Source: Burkholderiales bacterium (GTDB lineage: Bacteria; Pseudomonadota; Gammaproteobacteria; Burkholderiales; Casimicrobiaceae). From it: a DNA stretch of 64,000 nt. Made by a program: the position numbers and the translations under genes. The stretch is taken from assembly GCA_043758415.1 (NCBI GenBank), contig JAYVNO010000207.1, positions 562 to 64,561 of the forward strand, read 5' to 3'. The notes beneath the pieces are model-generated. The model saw only the letters and a program-made list of their open reading frames with translations, made no database searches and had not been told where the DNA came from. Below, piece after piece: positions 40,601 to 48,830 of the stretch (position 1 is its first letter; every line of letters starts with the position of its first letter).

Positions 40601-41690
40601 GAGTGGAGAGGAGAACACGCGTCTGATGCTCGGGTACTGCAACATAGCCGAATATGGCCATTAGGTCTTCACGCTCGTGAGCATCGTCAACGACGATGAG
40701 TTTGGGTTGTGTGCCGAGCGTGTCGAGCGTGTCTCTCGTAACTGTTTCCGTTTTGGGGAGAACGTGAACGGATGTACCTTGAAGGCGTTGGCTAACAAGC
40801 TGTAAGACGCTTCGGAGCATGCGTGTTTTCCCCACTCCGCCTTTACCGCCCACTATGACTATTGATACGTCTGGTGAAACGGTAGCAGCAGCGATGCGTT
40901 CGGCAATCGTCGTCCGCCCCACCAGAGTCCAACCTTGGTATGTTGGATTCTCTTTCACCATGAACGGTGCAAAATATTCCTCGACGGTTTGCCAAGGGCC
41001 GCGTTCTCGTATGCCCAACAATGGAAAGCGATGCCCTGGAAAGAAGGTGTCTACAAGTTGGATTTGCTGTTCGCGACTGAGTTTTCGGATGCTGCGCGAA
41101 ATATCTTCAAGATCCCAAAGCAACCAATCAGCGTGCCGTGACACCGCATCTCGTGCGGCAGGTGTTGCTACGCGTGCTAGTAAGAGCACTTTTTTGTGTG
41201 CGACAGCAGTGTGCGCCGCGACGGCTATGTCAACTTTAGCGGGGCCAAATGTCTGCTCTCGTTTGCACTGATATGTGTATCGGACGCCATCTGGGAACAC
41301 GGCTTCGATATCGATTCCGGATTGCGTATGCCCAGTACTGCCGTATCTATGAACCTGCGCGTCGGAATGTTGGTAGCTGAGCCACGCAGCGCAGAAGCGC
41401 TCAAAACTGTCGGAGTTGAGCGCGGCAACCGGAAATGGGGCGTCAAACGAAGTTGTTACGACTGGTGTGCCGTGCGCAATTGCTGAGGTAAGCACGTCTA
41501 CGTGTACACCGAGGGCCTGCGCAAGGCGATTCAGCTCTGTTGCGCGTGGACGTGAGGTTCCTTTTTCCCATCGACTTATTGACTGTTGCTTTACTTCAAC
41601 TAATCGGGCCAAGTCAGCCTGATAAGCGATTCCGGCTTTTTGACGCAGTTCGGCAATGAGTCGCCCAAACGCACTGTAAATAGCCTTCAT
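37674..41690 (-). CDS. XRE-HTH + PD-(D/E)xK nuclease + P-loop NTPase (STAND-like) + long C-terminal region
   Basis: QADLARLVEVKQQSISRWEKG (HTH); FERFC...QSGIDI...YQCK (nuclease); GKGGVGKT and LIVVDDAH (Walker A/B); start MKAIY at 41690; visibly AT-richer than flanks. Confidence 0.8.
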   Translation of the reverse strand: MKAIYSAFGRLIAELRQKAGIAYQADLARLVEVKQQSISRWEKGTSRPRATELNRLAQALGVHVDVLTSAIAHGTPVVTTSFDAPFPVAALNSDSFERFCAAWLSYQHSDAQVHRYGSTGHTQSGIDIEAVFPDGVRYTYQCKREQTFGPAKVDIAVAAHTAVAHKKVLLLARVATPAARDAVSRHADWLLWDLEDISRSIRKLSREQQIQLVDTFFPGHRFPLLGIRERGPWQTVEEYFAPFMVKENPTYQGWTLVGRTTIAERIAAATVSPDVSIVIVGGKGGVGKTRMLRSVLQLVSQRLQGTSVHVLPKTETVTRDTLDTLGTQPKLIVVDDAHEREDLMAIFGYVAVPEHQTRVLLSTRTHGRTKVRETAAAVGLIEQRVSESLLEPLTRSEAKELALEVLKAHNGPDWIAEDIANATYDCPLATVVGSYVVARKLIVPSRIKGDRDFRDSLLSKFQDVITGSIAAPSDQASAKKLLRLLALVQPFSLDDAAIAKLSLTIEEIDEVDTHRLTRLYVDAGILIKQGRRTRISPDLLADHILDETCINVNGSSTGYAERVFDAAPTYLIENILVNLGKLDWIRSSGDTGTSDLVSQVWRKLEPSGTSYDPHTKALSSVAYYYPKRALDFVEQVIRENRSFDELPTIIAHAAHNFEYVPRACESLWELSARSETDRGGKKSTALAKLTELCSVTRDKPMEYCEAVVRYGLKLLDDNHAWMPTLTPYDFLEGILRTQGHDTTWSGAGFAFTPYFVRLEAVRGLRTLVIDAAIQRFSCQHVSRAVRSVAFLENALRPPMTFMGQSEFAEASESWSGEFQETLEKIERYLITNNLDDLVVLRIARLVSYQAKFSHSPTGDVARRILALQPKSLQYLIAVALVDGYGHLREETDYISRKKSWDEALANLAAKTIKKHSDPAVLHAALCARLTHIRREYVRETHSPNIFFFHLFKRSQAIAKQVIEVSLTDFSLPTNQFVGLALSMLYDAGDKASMSFVRNLLDSGDRTLLIEATCALPNIIEKGGADPAALGYLQEMLVSSEEQVVVLAINSLRALAKHDKPLALSMLLQIDMSKSPAVADQVLEQLTEDNIGSIQSLRDEQIQAIFRALMKLSHIDKHWVQEFLTKASKLTPVTTAAFLMARVESASASDAYARGYAGFDDHQLLLQFRESSVVDSLIENVWSWLRHRAQENSAFEHDGLQLFAVMFRPFDDFYFDFLKARARLGIHDFSLAVRAFAKTGHKQVLERQALVSFFLDTATAHGPPMLKEVMSELYEAAAYGARSGTYGQPFPRDLEAREKSRQILSTANRFSATYQLYEMILKKAEQEIAERSGEIDDED

Positions 41691-41854
41691 TATTTTTTTG
41701 AACACAAGAAGCGTGTGGCAAATATACCGCACACATTAAAAGTGTGCCAAAATAAATGGTGCGAGGGGGCAATCATGATCGCTAGCGGTGCTGGCTGTAC
41801 TTCGCAAGACAGTTGGCGCAGTGCGCCTGTCGCTGCAAATTGCGGAGAATTGCG

Positions 41855-41886
41855 CGTTAATCTCCGCATTGATGCGGAGATTAACG
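41855..41886. promoter_or_regulatory. Perfect 15-bp inverted repeat (putative operator) between divergent genes
   Basis: cgttaatctccgcat-tg-atgcggagattaacg; further TGCGGAGA-like copies nearby. Confidence 0.6.
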
Positions 41887-41926
41887 TTGACGCTGCGGAG
41901 AATATGCGTCATTATCTACGCAGAAT

Positions 41927-43075
41927 ATGCGGAAAATAACGTACATCCATCAACATAGCGACTGGCCCAGATTTACGTGGAATCACGAAAAACTGGGGCC
42001 GATGCTTGCCCATGTTCGGCATCGTCAGGGGCGGCTGATTGGCCGCATGGAAGGGCTTGGGTTCGTCAACCAAAACGAGGCTGTGCTGGCGACGCTGACG
42101 CAAGACGTGCTGAAGTCCAGCGAGATTGAAGGCGAGATTCTGAACCCCGATCAGGTGCGCTCGTCGATTGCGCGGCGGCTGGGCATCGACATCGCGGGCG
42201 CGATTGCGGCTGATCGCGATGTGGAGGGCGTGGTGGAAATGATGCTGGACGCGACGCAACATTTCGCGGCGCCGCTGACTCACGAACGGCTCTTTGGCTG
42301 GCATGCGGCGTTGTTCCCCACGGGGTACGGAGGCATTCATCCGATTTGTATTGGCGCGTGGCGTGATGACTCAAAAGGCGCGATGCAGGTGATCTCGGGG
42401 CCGATCAGCCGCGAGCGGGTTCACTTTGAAGCGCCCGCCGCGAAGCGGCTTCAGCATGAAATGGATGCGTTTCTGGCGTGGGTGAACAGCGCCCGCAATG
42501 CCCACATCACCAGCAGCGCCAGCGGCGCAGACGTGATCGACCCGGTACTCAAGGCGGCGGTTGCGCATTTGTGGTTTGTGACGATCCATCCGTTTGATGA
42601 CGGCAATGGTCGTATCGCTCGTGCCATCGCGGACTGGGCGCTGGCCCGATCTGAAGGTAGCTCGCAGCGGTTCTACAGTATGTCTTCGCAGATCAGGGCA
42701 GAGCGCAGCGCGTATTACAAAATGCTGGAGCGCACGCAAAAATCAACGCTCGATATTACGGACTGGCTGGAGTGGTTTCTAGCGTGTCTCGACCGGGCGA
42801 TTACGGCGACGGAGACGACGCTTGGCGCGGTGTTTCGCAAAGCGTCATTCTGGGACAAACACTCGGATGGGACGATCAACGAGCGGCAAAAGAAAATGCT
42901 CAACAAACTCTTCGATGGGTTCGAAGGCAAGCTGACGTCAACCAAGTGGGCGATCATCGCGAAGTGCTCGCAAGACACGGCGCAGCGCGACATTCAGGCG
43001 CTGATTGATCAAAGCATTCTGGTGAAAGACGCTGCGGGCGGGCGGAGTACAAGTTACTCCTTCGTGGACCGTTAA
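41927..43075 (+). CDS. Fic-family protein (DUF4172-type N-terminus, Fic domain, C-terminal wHTH-like region)
   Basis: YIHQHSDWPRFTW, intact HPFDDGNGRIAR motif, CSQDTAQRDI...GGRSTSY tail. Confidence 0.92.
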   Translation: MRKITYIHQHSDWPRFTWNHEKLGPMLAHVRHRQGRLIGRMEGLGFVNQNEAVLATLTQDVLKSSEIEGEILNPDQVRSSIARRLGIDIAGAIAADRDVEGVVEMMLDATQHFAAPLTHERLFGWHAALFPTGYGGIHPICIGAWRDDSKGAMQVISGPISRERVHFEAPAAKRLQHEMDAFLAWVNSARNAHITSSASGADVIDPVLKAAVAHLWFVTIHPFDDGNGRIARAIADWALARSEGSSQRFYSMSSQIRAERSAYYKMLERTQKSTLDITDWLEWFLACLDRAITATETTLGAVFRKASFWDKHSDGTINERQKKMLNKLFDGFEGKLTSTKWAIIAKCSQDTAQRDIQALIDQSILVKDAAGGRSTSYSFVDR

Positions 43076-43189
43076 CGACGTGGCTTGCGAAGTCGACGAT
43101 TGGTGGCGTCTGCGATCCATTCGCTCTGGCCCTCCGCAGCTATGCAATGGGTGTGAGCATCGTCCATTGAAAGCGCTACGATTCGCCGC

Positions 43190-44062
43190 ATGACCAAATC
43201 ACGCGCGCCACGAGTCACCACCATTGATCCCAGGTCGCGTGCGCTGACGTGGCTGCGCGATCACGGCTCGCCGCGATTGGTGATGTCGATGATGTTGGCC
43301 TCGACCATTGGCTGCGGCTTTCTGGCGTCGGTAACGCTCTACAAGGTTGGCATCACTGCGCCGTTGATTCGCTACCCGATTGCCGTGTTCGCTGCGTGGG
43401 CGGTGTTCCTCGGGCTGGTCAGCGTTTGGGTGTGGTGGCAGCGGCGCGCGAATGCCCGGACGGAAACGCCGGAAACTGCGCGCGGCGTCCGGCAGGGTAA
43501 GTCGTCGAAAGGCACGGACTGGACCGGTGGAATCGGACCGGGCGGCGGTGGCGGAGGAAGTTCTGGAGGTGGCGGCGGCAGCGCATCGTGGGGCGGTGGT
43601 GGCGGACGATTCGGCGGCGCTGGCGCCAGTGATTCGTTTGCCGAAGCGCCTGCGCAGGGCTTTGCGAGCGGTTTCGCGTCCGGTAGCACGAGCAGCAGCG
43701 GCGGTGGCAAAGGCGGCGGTTGGGATCTCGATTTTGGCGGCGACGAGGTCGGGTTCGTCGTGCTGCTGATTGGCATCATCGTCGTCGCGGCTGCCGTGTT
43801 TGGCGTGGTGTTCTACGCCGTGTACAGCGCGCCGACTTTCTTCGCGGAACTGCTGATTGACGGCGGCGTGGGCACCTGGTTGTACAAGCGCGCCGACGTT
43901 GCGCATCGACCGGATTGGATGAGCACGGCGATGTTGCGCAGCGTTTGGCCGGTGGTGATTTTGCTGGTGCTGTTTGTGGCGCTGGCGCTGGTGATGCGAC
44001 ACGTTGCGCCGGGTGCGACGACGCTGGAGCAAGCTTGGCAGGTGGTCAGCGCGGGGCAGTGA
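43190..44062 (+). CDS. Membrane protein with a Gly/Ser-rich loop
   Basis: Several hydrophobic segments flanking a GGGGGGSSGGGGGSASWGGGGGRFGGAGAS tract. Confidence 0.65.
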   Translation: MTKSRAPRVTTIDPRSRALTWLRDHGSPRLVMSMMLASTIGCGFLASVTLYKVGITAPLIRYPIAVFAAWAVFLGLVSVWVWWQRRANARTETPETARGVRQGKSSKGTDWTGGIGPGGGGGGSSGGGGGSASWGGGGGRFGGAGASDSFAEAPAQGFASGFASGSTSSSGGGKGGGWDLDFGGDEVGFVVLLIGIIVVAAAVFGVVFYAVYSAPTFFAELLIDGGVGTWLYKRADVAHRPDWMSTAMLRSVWPVVILLVLFVALALVMRHVAPGATTLEQAWQVVSAGQ

Positions 44063-44220
44063 ATCGCGGTCGCTTTTTGCTAACAGCTTTTATGTACATT
44101 TTCGTGGATGCTCCGTTGTATTGGGGCTAGATCGATAAATGTCAAAAAAATAGCCAAAGTCGATTTTAACAAATTTTAACCTTTAGGCCCAATTGCATTG
44201 GGGCTTTCAGCAAAAAGCTG

Positions 44221-45573
44221 CTACTGAATCATGCCCGCCGCAGCCGTCGCGTTGGTGCCCGGATCGACTATCACGAATGCGCCGAGCGCGGCGCTTTTTG
44301 CGAACGCTGCGAGCGGTAGCGCCTGCGCAAATTCAATCTCGGCACGAACGAGGTCGTTGGCTTTCACGTCAGCGGGCGGCCCGTCGTTCTCGCCTGCGAT
44401 AGCGTCACGCCATTGGCCGTTGGCGAGATCGAGTCGCGCTGATATTGCGCTGACACGAGCAGGCAGCCAACGTGCGCCATGACGCACGACGTAGCGACGA
44501 CCGATGGTCAGCGGCGCGTTGTCGAGCCAGGCAATCGTTGCTTGCGTTTTTTGGGTGAGCACTTGCGCGTCCGAGTTGCCCGCGATGATCCAGTCGCCGC
44601 GTGCGACGTCCACTTGTCGGTCGAAACGAACGGCCACGGCTTCACCGGGTTTGGCGGAATCGACAATGCCGCGACCGGTGCGTATTGCGGCAACGATTGC
44701 CGACGCGCCGCTCGGGAATACGCTGATCGCGTCGCCGACGGACAGCGTGGATTCAGCAAGATCGCCTGTGATCCAACGCAGGTGATCGTCCGACTCGTCG
44801 CGCGTGACCCACTGAACCGATAGGTGCGCGTGCTTTGCGGCGATGTGCGCAGTCGTGCCTCCGCGAGCTTCACTCAGTTCAAGTGATTCAAGATGCGGCA
44901 GCAATGCTGGGCCTTGAAACCACGACGTGCGTTCGGTATGCGCAACGACGCCATCACCATCGAGTGCTGACATCGGAATCGCGGTAAACGCGTTGATGCC
45001 GAGCGACGCAGCGAGCTCAAAGAAGGCATTGACGACGCGCTTAAATTTTGCAGCGTCGAAGTCGATCGCATCCATCTTGTTTACCGCGACCACAATGTGC
45101 TGCAAGCCTAGCAAACCCGCCAAAGCCACATGGCGCTTGGTTTGCGGCAGTAGGTTTAAGGTCGGCTGCGAGAAGTCCAACTTCATCACATCAATGAGCA
45201 ACACGGCCACGTCGCTCTTCGATGCGCCTGTGACCATGTTCCTCGTGTACTGCTCGTGGCCCGGTGCGTCGGCGATGATGAACTTGCGCTTCGGCGTGGT
45301 GAAGTAGCGGTACGCGACGTCAATGGTGATGCCTTGCTCGCGCTCGGCCTCCAGCCCATCGGTGACCAACGACAAATCGATCTGACCGTTCTTGCTCTGC
45401 GCGCCACGTGCCAGTTTTTTTGTAGAAACCGCGAGGGCATCAAGCTGATCGACCATCAGGGCTTTGCTGTCGTACAGCAGACGACCGATGAGCGTGCTCT
45501 TGCCGTCGTCGACGCTGCCGCAGGTGATGAAGCGGAGGGGTCTTGAATGACCTAAAAATGCTGCCGTACCCAT
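44221..45573 (-). CDS. cysN: Sulfate adenylyltransferase subunit 1
   Basis: LRFITCGSVDDGKSTLIGRLL, EREQGITIDVAYRYF, ADAPGHEQYTRNM; start placed at 45573. Confidence 0.93.
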   Translation of the reverse strand: MGTAAFLGHSRPLRFITCGSVDDGKSTLIGRLLYDSKALMVDQLDALAVSTKKLARGAQSKNGQIDLSLVTDGLEAEREQGITIDVAYRYFTTPKRKFIIADAPGHEQYTRNMVTGASKSDVAVLLIDVMKLDFSQPTLNLLPQTKRHVALAGLLGLQHIVVAVNKMDAIDFDAAKFKRVVNAFFELAASLGINAFTAIPMSALDGDGVVAHTERTSWFQGPALLPHLESLELSEARGGTTAHIAAKHAHLSVQWVTRDESDDHLRWITGDLAESTLSVGDAISVFPSGASAIVAAIRTGRGIVDSAKPGEAVAVRFDRQVDVARGDWIIAGNSDAQVLTQKTQATIAWLDNAPLTIGRRYVVRHGARWLPARVSAISARLDLANGQWRDAIAGENDGPPADVKANDLVRAEIEFAQALPLAAFAKSAALGAFVIVDPGTNATAAAGMIQ

Positions 45574-45574
45574 A

Positions 45575-46522
45575 CTAAAAATACCCTTCTTTCTTCCGCC
45601 GCTCCATTGCCGCGTCGTTCGCGCGATCATCCATGCGCGTGGCGCCTCGCTCTGACGCCGTCGCGGCAATCGTTTCCACAATCACATCATCCGCATTTGC
45701 GGCCGTGCTCGCAACGGGGCACGTACATGAGATGTCACCCACGGTGCGAAAGCGCACGTCACGCGTGACGACCGTTTCACCCGCACGCGTTGGTGTGATG
45801 TCGGTGACCGGCACCAGCAACCCGCTGCGCTCGACCACCTCGCGTTGATGCGTGTAATAAATCGACGGCAGAAGGATGTTTTCGCGCGCGATGTAGTTCC
45901 ACACATCGAGCTCGGTCCAGTTTGAAATCGGGAACACGCGGAAGTGTTCGCCCTGCGTGATGCGCGTGTTGTAGAGGTTCCACAGCTCGGGGCGTTGCGC
46001 GCGCGGTTGCCACTGGCCAAAGCTGTCGCGATGCGAGAACACGCGCTCTTTGGCGCGCGCTTTTTCCTCATCTCGCCGTGCGCCGCCCACCAGCGCGTCG
46101 AAGCGGTTCGCTTCAATCGTTTCCAGCAGCGTGATGGTCTGATACGGGTTGCGGCTTTCCAGCGGATGCGCGAGGCGAATAGTGCCTTTGGCAATCGAAT
46201 CGTCGAGGTGGCCGACGAGCAATTGAACGCCGTGTTTTTTGACGAATTCTTCACGGAAAGAAATCACCTCGGGAAAGTTGTGCCCCGTGTCCACATGCAC
46301 AATCGGCAACGGTAATTTACCCGGTGCCGCAGCCTTCATCGCAAGGTGCAACACGACTAGCGAGTCCTTGCCAAACGAGCAAAGAATGGCAGGCCGCTCA
46401 AAGCCGCCAAACACTTCACGCAGAATGCTGATGGCCTCGTCTTCGAGCCAGTTCAGGTGGTCGTTAGTTACTGAGTTTTCAGTAATGGTGGGGGCGTCCA
46501 AAAATGCGTCACGGGCGGTCAT
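45575..46522 (-). CDS. cysD: Sulfate adenylyltransferase subunit 2
   Basis: SFGKDS, HVDTGHNF, GGARRDEEKARAKER, VRFRTVGD. Confidence 0.96.
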   Translation of the reverse strand: MTARDAFLDAPTITENSVTNDHLNWLEDEAISILREVFGGFERPAILCSFGKDSLVVLHLAMKAAAPGKLPLPIVHVDTGHNFPEVISFREEFVKKHGVQLLVGHLDDSIAKGTIRLAHPLESRNPYQTITLLETIEANRFDALVGGARRDEEKARAKERVFSHRDSFGQWQPRAQRPELWNLYNTRITQGEHFRVFPISNWTELDVWNYIARENILLPSIYYTHQREVVERSGLLVPVTDITPTRAGETVVTRDVRFRTVGDISCTCPVASTAANADDVIVETIAATASERGATRMDDRANDAAMERRKKEGYF

Positions 46523-46596
46523 GGAAATCTTTCGTTTTTGCTGGTCGATGGTTGGCCGCGCGGCAAGTTTTTACTAAGCAAGCTGTTCGATGTACT

Positions 46597-46662
46597 TGTG
46601 GGAGCGGCTCTGCCGCGACCCGCTGGCTGCCGAGGCTAGGTCGCGGCAGAGCCGCTCCTACA
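46597..46662. repeat. REP-like palindromic doublet
   Basis: ggagcggctctgccgcgacc and ggtcgcggcagagccgctcc form a perfect 20-bp inverted pair. Confidence 0.85.
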
Positions 46663-46699
46663 AGGGCGCACGTCCGAGACCGAAATCGATTCACGGATT

Positions 46700-47491
46700 T
46701 CATTGAGCACCCACCACCACATCTTGATGCACCACATGAATGCCACATTCAGTGGACGTGCCCGTAGCAGTAGCCTCCCACCACCATCGTCCGGCACGCG
46801 GATGCTCATCAAACCGAATCGGTCGCGTGCACGGTTCGCAACCAATACTCGCGTAGCCTTTCGCATACAGCGCGCTCACTGGAATGTCTTCGCGGTCAAT
46901 GAAATACCAGAGCGCCTCATCCGGCCAGTCCGCCAGCGGATTGAATTTCTGCAGCCCAAAGGCTGCATCCCACTCCTGATGCGGCACGGTTGCGCGACCC
47001 GCGCTCTGCGCGCGACGCAGGCCCGTGACCCACGCCGCCTTGCCTGCAAGCATGTGCCGCAACGGCTCGGTTTTGCGCACCGTGCAGCAGCGTTCGCGGG
47101 CGGCCTTCGTTTCGTAAATGTCGCGCTCCGACTGCATCGCGTCAAGCACCCGAAGGCGATGATGATCTGGCTCAACACATTCAATGCGGCGTCCGTAACG
47201 CGACTCGGCGGTCGCCCACAAATCGAGTGTGGCCTTTGGCAAACGTTGGGTATCAAGCGCAAACGTCTGAATGTTCATGGCTTGACCCTGCTGCGCGCGA
47301 TTGATCAAGTGAAACAACACCATGTCTTCAGCGGACAAGCTGCTCGCGAAGACGCACGGCGCGTGCTCCGCTGCGCGCGCGAGCACGGCAACGGTGTCTG
47401 CGAGCAATGCGTCAAAACCATCAGGTACAACGCTCACGTGGGGTCGTTGATACCAGCGTTTGGCGGTGGAGGAGAGGGTTTGTGTCGTCAT
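46700..47491 (-). CDS. cysH: Phosphoadenylyl-sulfate (APS-type) reductase
   Basis: SSLSAEDMV, RCCTVRKTEPL, YASIGCEPCT, ECGIH; start MTTQT at 47491. Confidence 0.92.
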   Translation of the reverse strand: MTTQTLSSTAKRWYQRPHVSVVPDGFDALLADTVAVLARAAEHAPCVFASSLSAEDMVLFHLINRAQQGQAMNIQTFALDTQRLPKATLDLWATAESRYGRRIECVEPDHHRLRVLDAMQSERDIYETKAARERCCTVRKTEPLRHMLAGKAAWVTGLRRAQSAGRATVPHQEWDAAFGLQKFNPLADWPDEALWYFIDREDIPVSALYAKGYASIGCEPCTRPIRFDEHPRAGRWWWEATATGTSTECGIHVVHQDVVVGAQ

Positions 47492-47506
47492 ATTTTCAAA
47501 ACATTC

Positions 47507-47610
47507 GTCTCCCCGGCGAAGGCCGGGGTCCATGGTTGCTTTTGCTCTCAAGTCACGTTGGCCATGGCTCCCGGCCTTGTCACCCCGGCGCATGCCGGGG
47601 CGGGATGACG
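47507..47610. repeat. CCCCGGCGAAGGCCGGGG-type palindromic dispersed repeat
   Basis: ccccggcgaaggccggggtccatgg...ccatggctcccggcc...ccccggcgcatgccgggg; related copy at about 60312-60410. Confidence 0.7.
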
Positions 47611-47636
47611 AAAAAGCTAAACACGTCCTGGTCTCC

Positions 47637-48431
47637 TCACGCAACCAGCTTCACGCCAGCAAAACTGAGTGCAGCCACCAGCAGGCTGCGTGTCGCAATT
47701 TCAGGAACGCGTTTCGACAGCCGCGCGCCGAGCAAAATGCCGGGCACCGAACCCACGAGCAGGCCGACCAACAGGTTCACATCAAGGTGCCCAACGCTCG
47801 CATGGGCAAGCCCCGCCGCAGCCGTGAGCGGCACGGCGTACGCGATGTCGGTGCCCACGACGCGCGTGATCGGCAGTGACGGATGCAGCAGCAAAAGCGC
47901 GGTCACGCCAATCGCGCCTGCGCCAACGGAGGAGAGCATCACCACCGCACCAATGGCGATGCCCAGCCCGACGGTCGCCCAAAGGTTGCCCTGCACATCG
48001 TGCGCGGAAGTGGCCACCGCATACGTGCGGCGAAATTTCAGCAACCAAGGACGAATCAACAACGCGAATGCCGTGACAAACAGCGCAACGCCCAGAGACG
48101 TTTTGATGACCTTGTTCAGCGCATCAATGTTCGGCTGCAATTCGTGAATCAACGCGAACGCCAGCGCCGCACCGGTGAGGCTCGACACAATCAGCACACC
48201 GAGCAGACGCTTCGCCACGTTGCCCATACGCCAGTGCGCAACCGCGCCAAACGACTTGGTGATCGACGCGAACAGGAGGTCGGTGCCCACGGCAATCGCA
48301 GGCGGAATGCCCAGCCCGCCCACCAGAATGGGCGTCATTAACGAGCCACCGCCGACGCCGGTCAAACCGATAATGATGCCGATGGCAAACCCGATGGCGG
48401 GCAAATGAATGAATGAGAAAAGCTCTGGCAT
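47637..48431 (-). CDS. Sulfite exporter TauE/SafE (TSUP) family protein
   Basis: GLTGVGGGSLMTPIL, AVGTDLLFA, VVGTDIAYAVPL. Confidence 0.9.
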   Translation of the reverse strand: MPELFSFIHLPAIGFAIGIIIGLTGVGGGSLMTPILVGGLGIPPAIAVGTDLLFASITKSFGAVAHWRMGNVAKRLLGVLIVSSLTGAALAFALIHELQPNIDALNKVIKTSLGVALFVTAFALLIRPWLLKFRRTYAVATSAHDVQGNLWATVGLGIAIGAVVMLSSVGAGAIGVTALLLLHPSLPITRVVGTDIAYAVPLTAAAGLAHASVGHLDVNLLVGLLVGSVPGILLGARLSKRVPEIATRSLLVAALSFAGVKLVA

Positions 48432-48562
48432 GCCAAGGATGGTAGGGGCGGGTCTGCAGTTGGTAACGCGTCATAATGAAATTACTTCATGTGCTTTTCT
48501 ACATAAGCGACGCGCGCTGAATGCAGCCGTTTGCGTGTAGCAGCTACAATTTGGCAAATGCA

Positions 48563-48653
48563 GGAGGGTTGGATGAGTGGTTTAAGTCGCACGCCTGGAA
48601 AGCGTGTTTAGGTTAATTGCCTAACCGGGGTTCGAATCCCCGATCCTCCGCCA
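48563..48653 (+). tRNA. tRNA-Ser(GGA)
   Basis: Acceptor stem GGAGGGT/ATCCTCC, anticodon arm GCACGC-CTGGAAA-GCGTGT, long variable arm, GGTTCGAATCC T-arm, encoded CCA. Confidence 0.96.
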
Positions 48654-48830
48654 AGAACATGTTTGTAGAAGTCCTTAGAAGTCCATCAAGCTAAGCAAAA
48701 GCCCCGTAAATCGGGGCTTTTGTGTATGTGGACGTTCGATAATGTTTGTTGGCATCCGGCGGAATTGGGGGTACATTACGGGGGTATCAGTCTCGCTACC
48801 CCCAATTGTTTGGGAAAGTGATACCCCCAG

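Noticed and set aside
47492-47644. N-terminal extension of CysH
   Set aside because: It is read-through of a palindromic dispersed repeat, not protein sequence.
44221-48431. cys cluster lacking a sulfite reductase
   Set aside because: cysI/cysJ may lie elsewhere in the genome; split arrangements are common.
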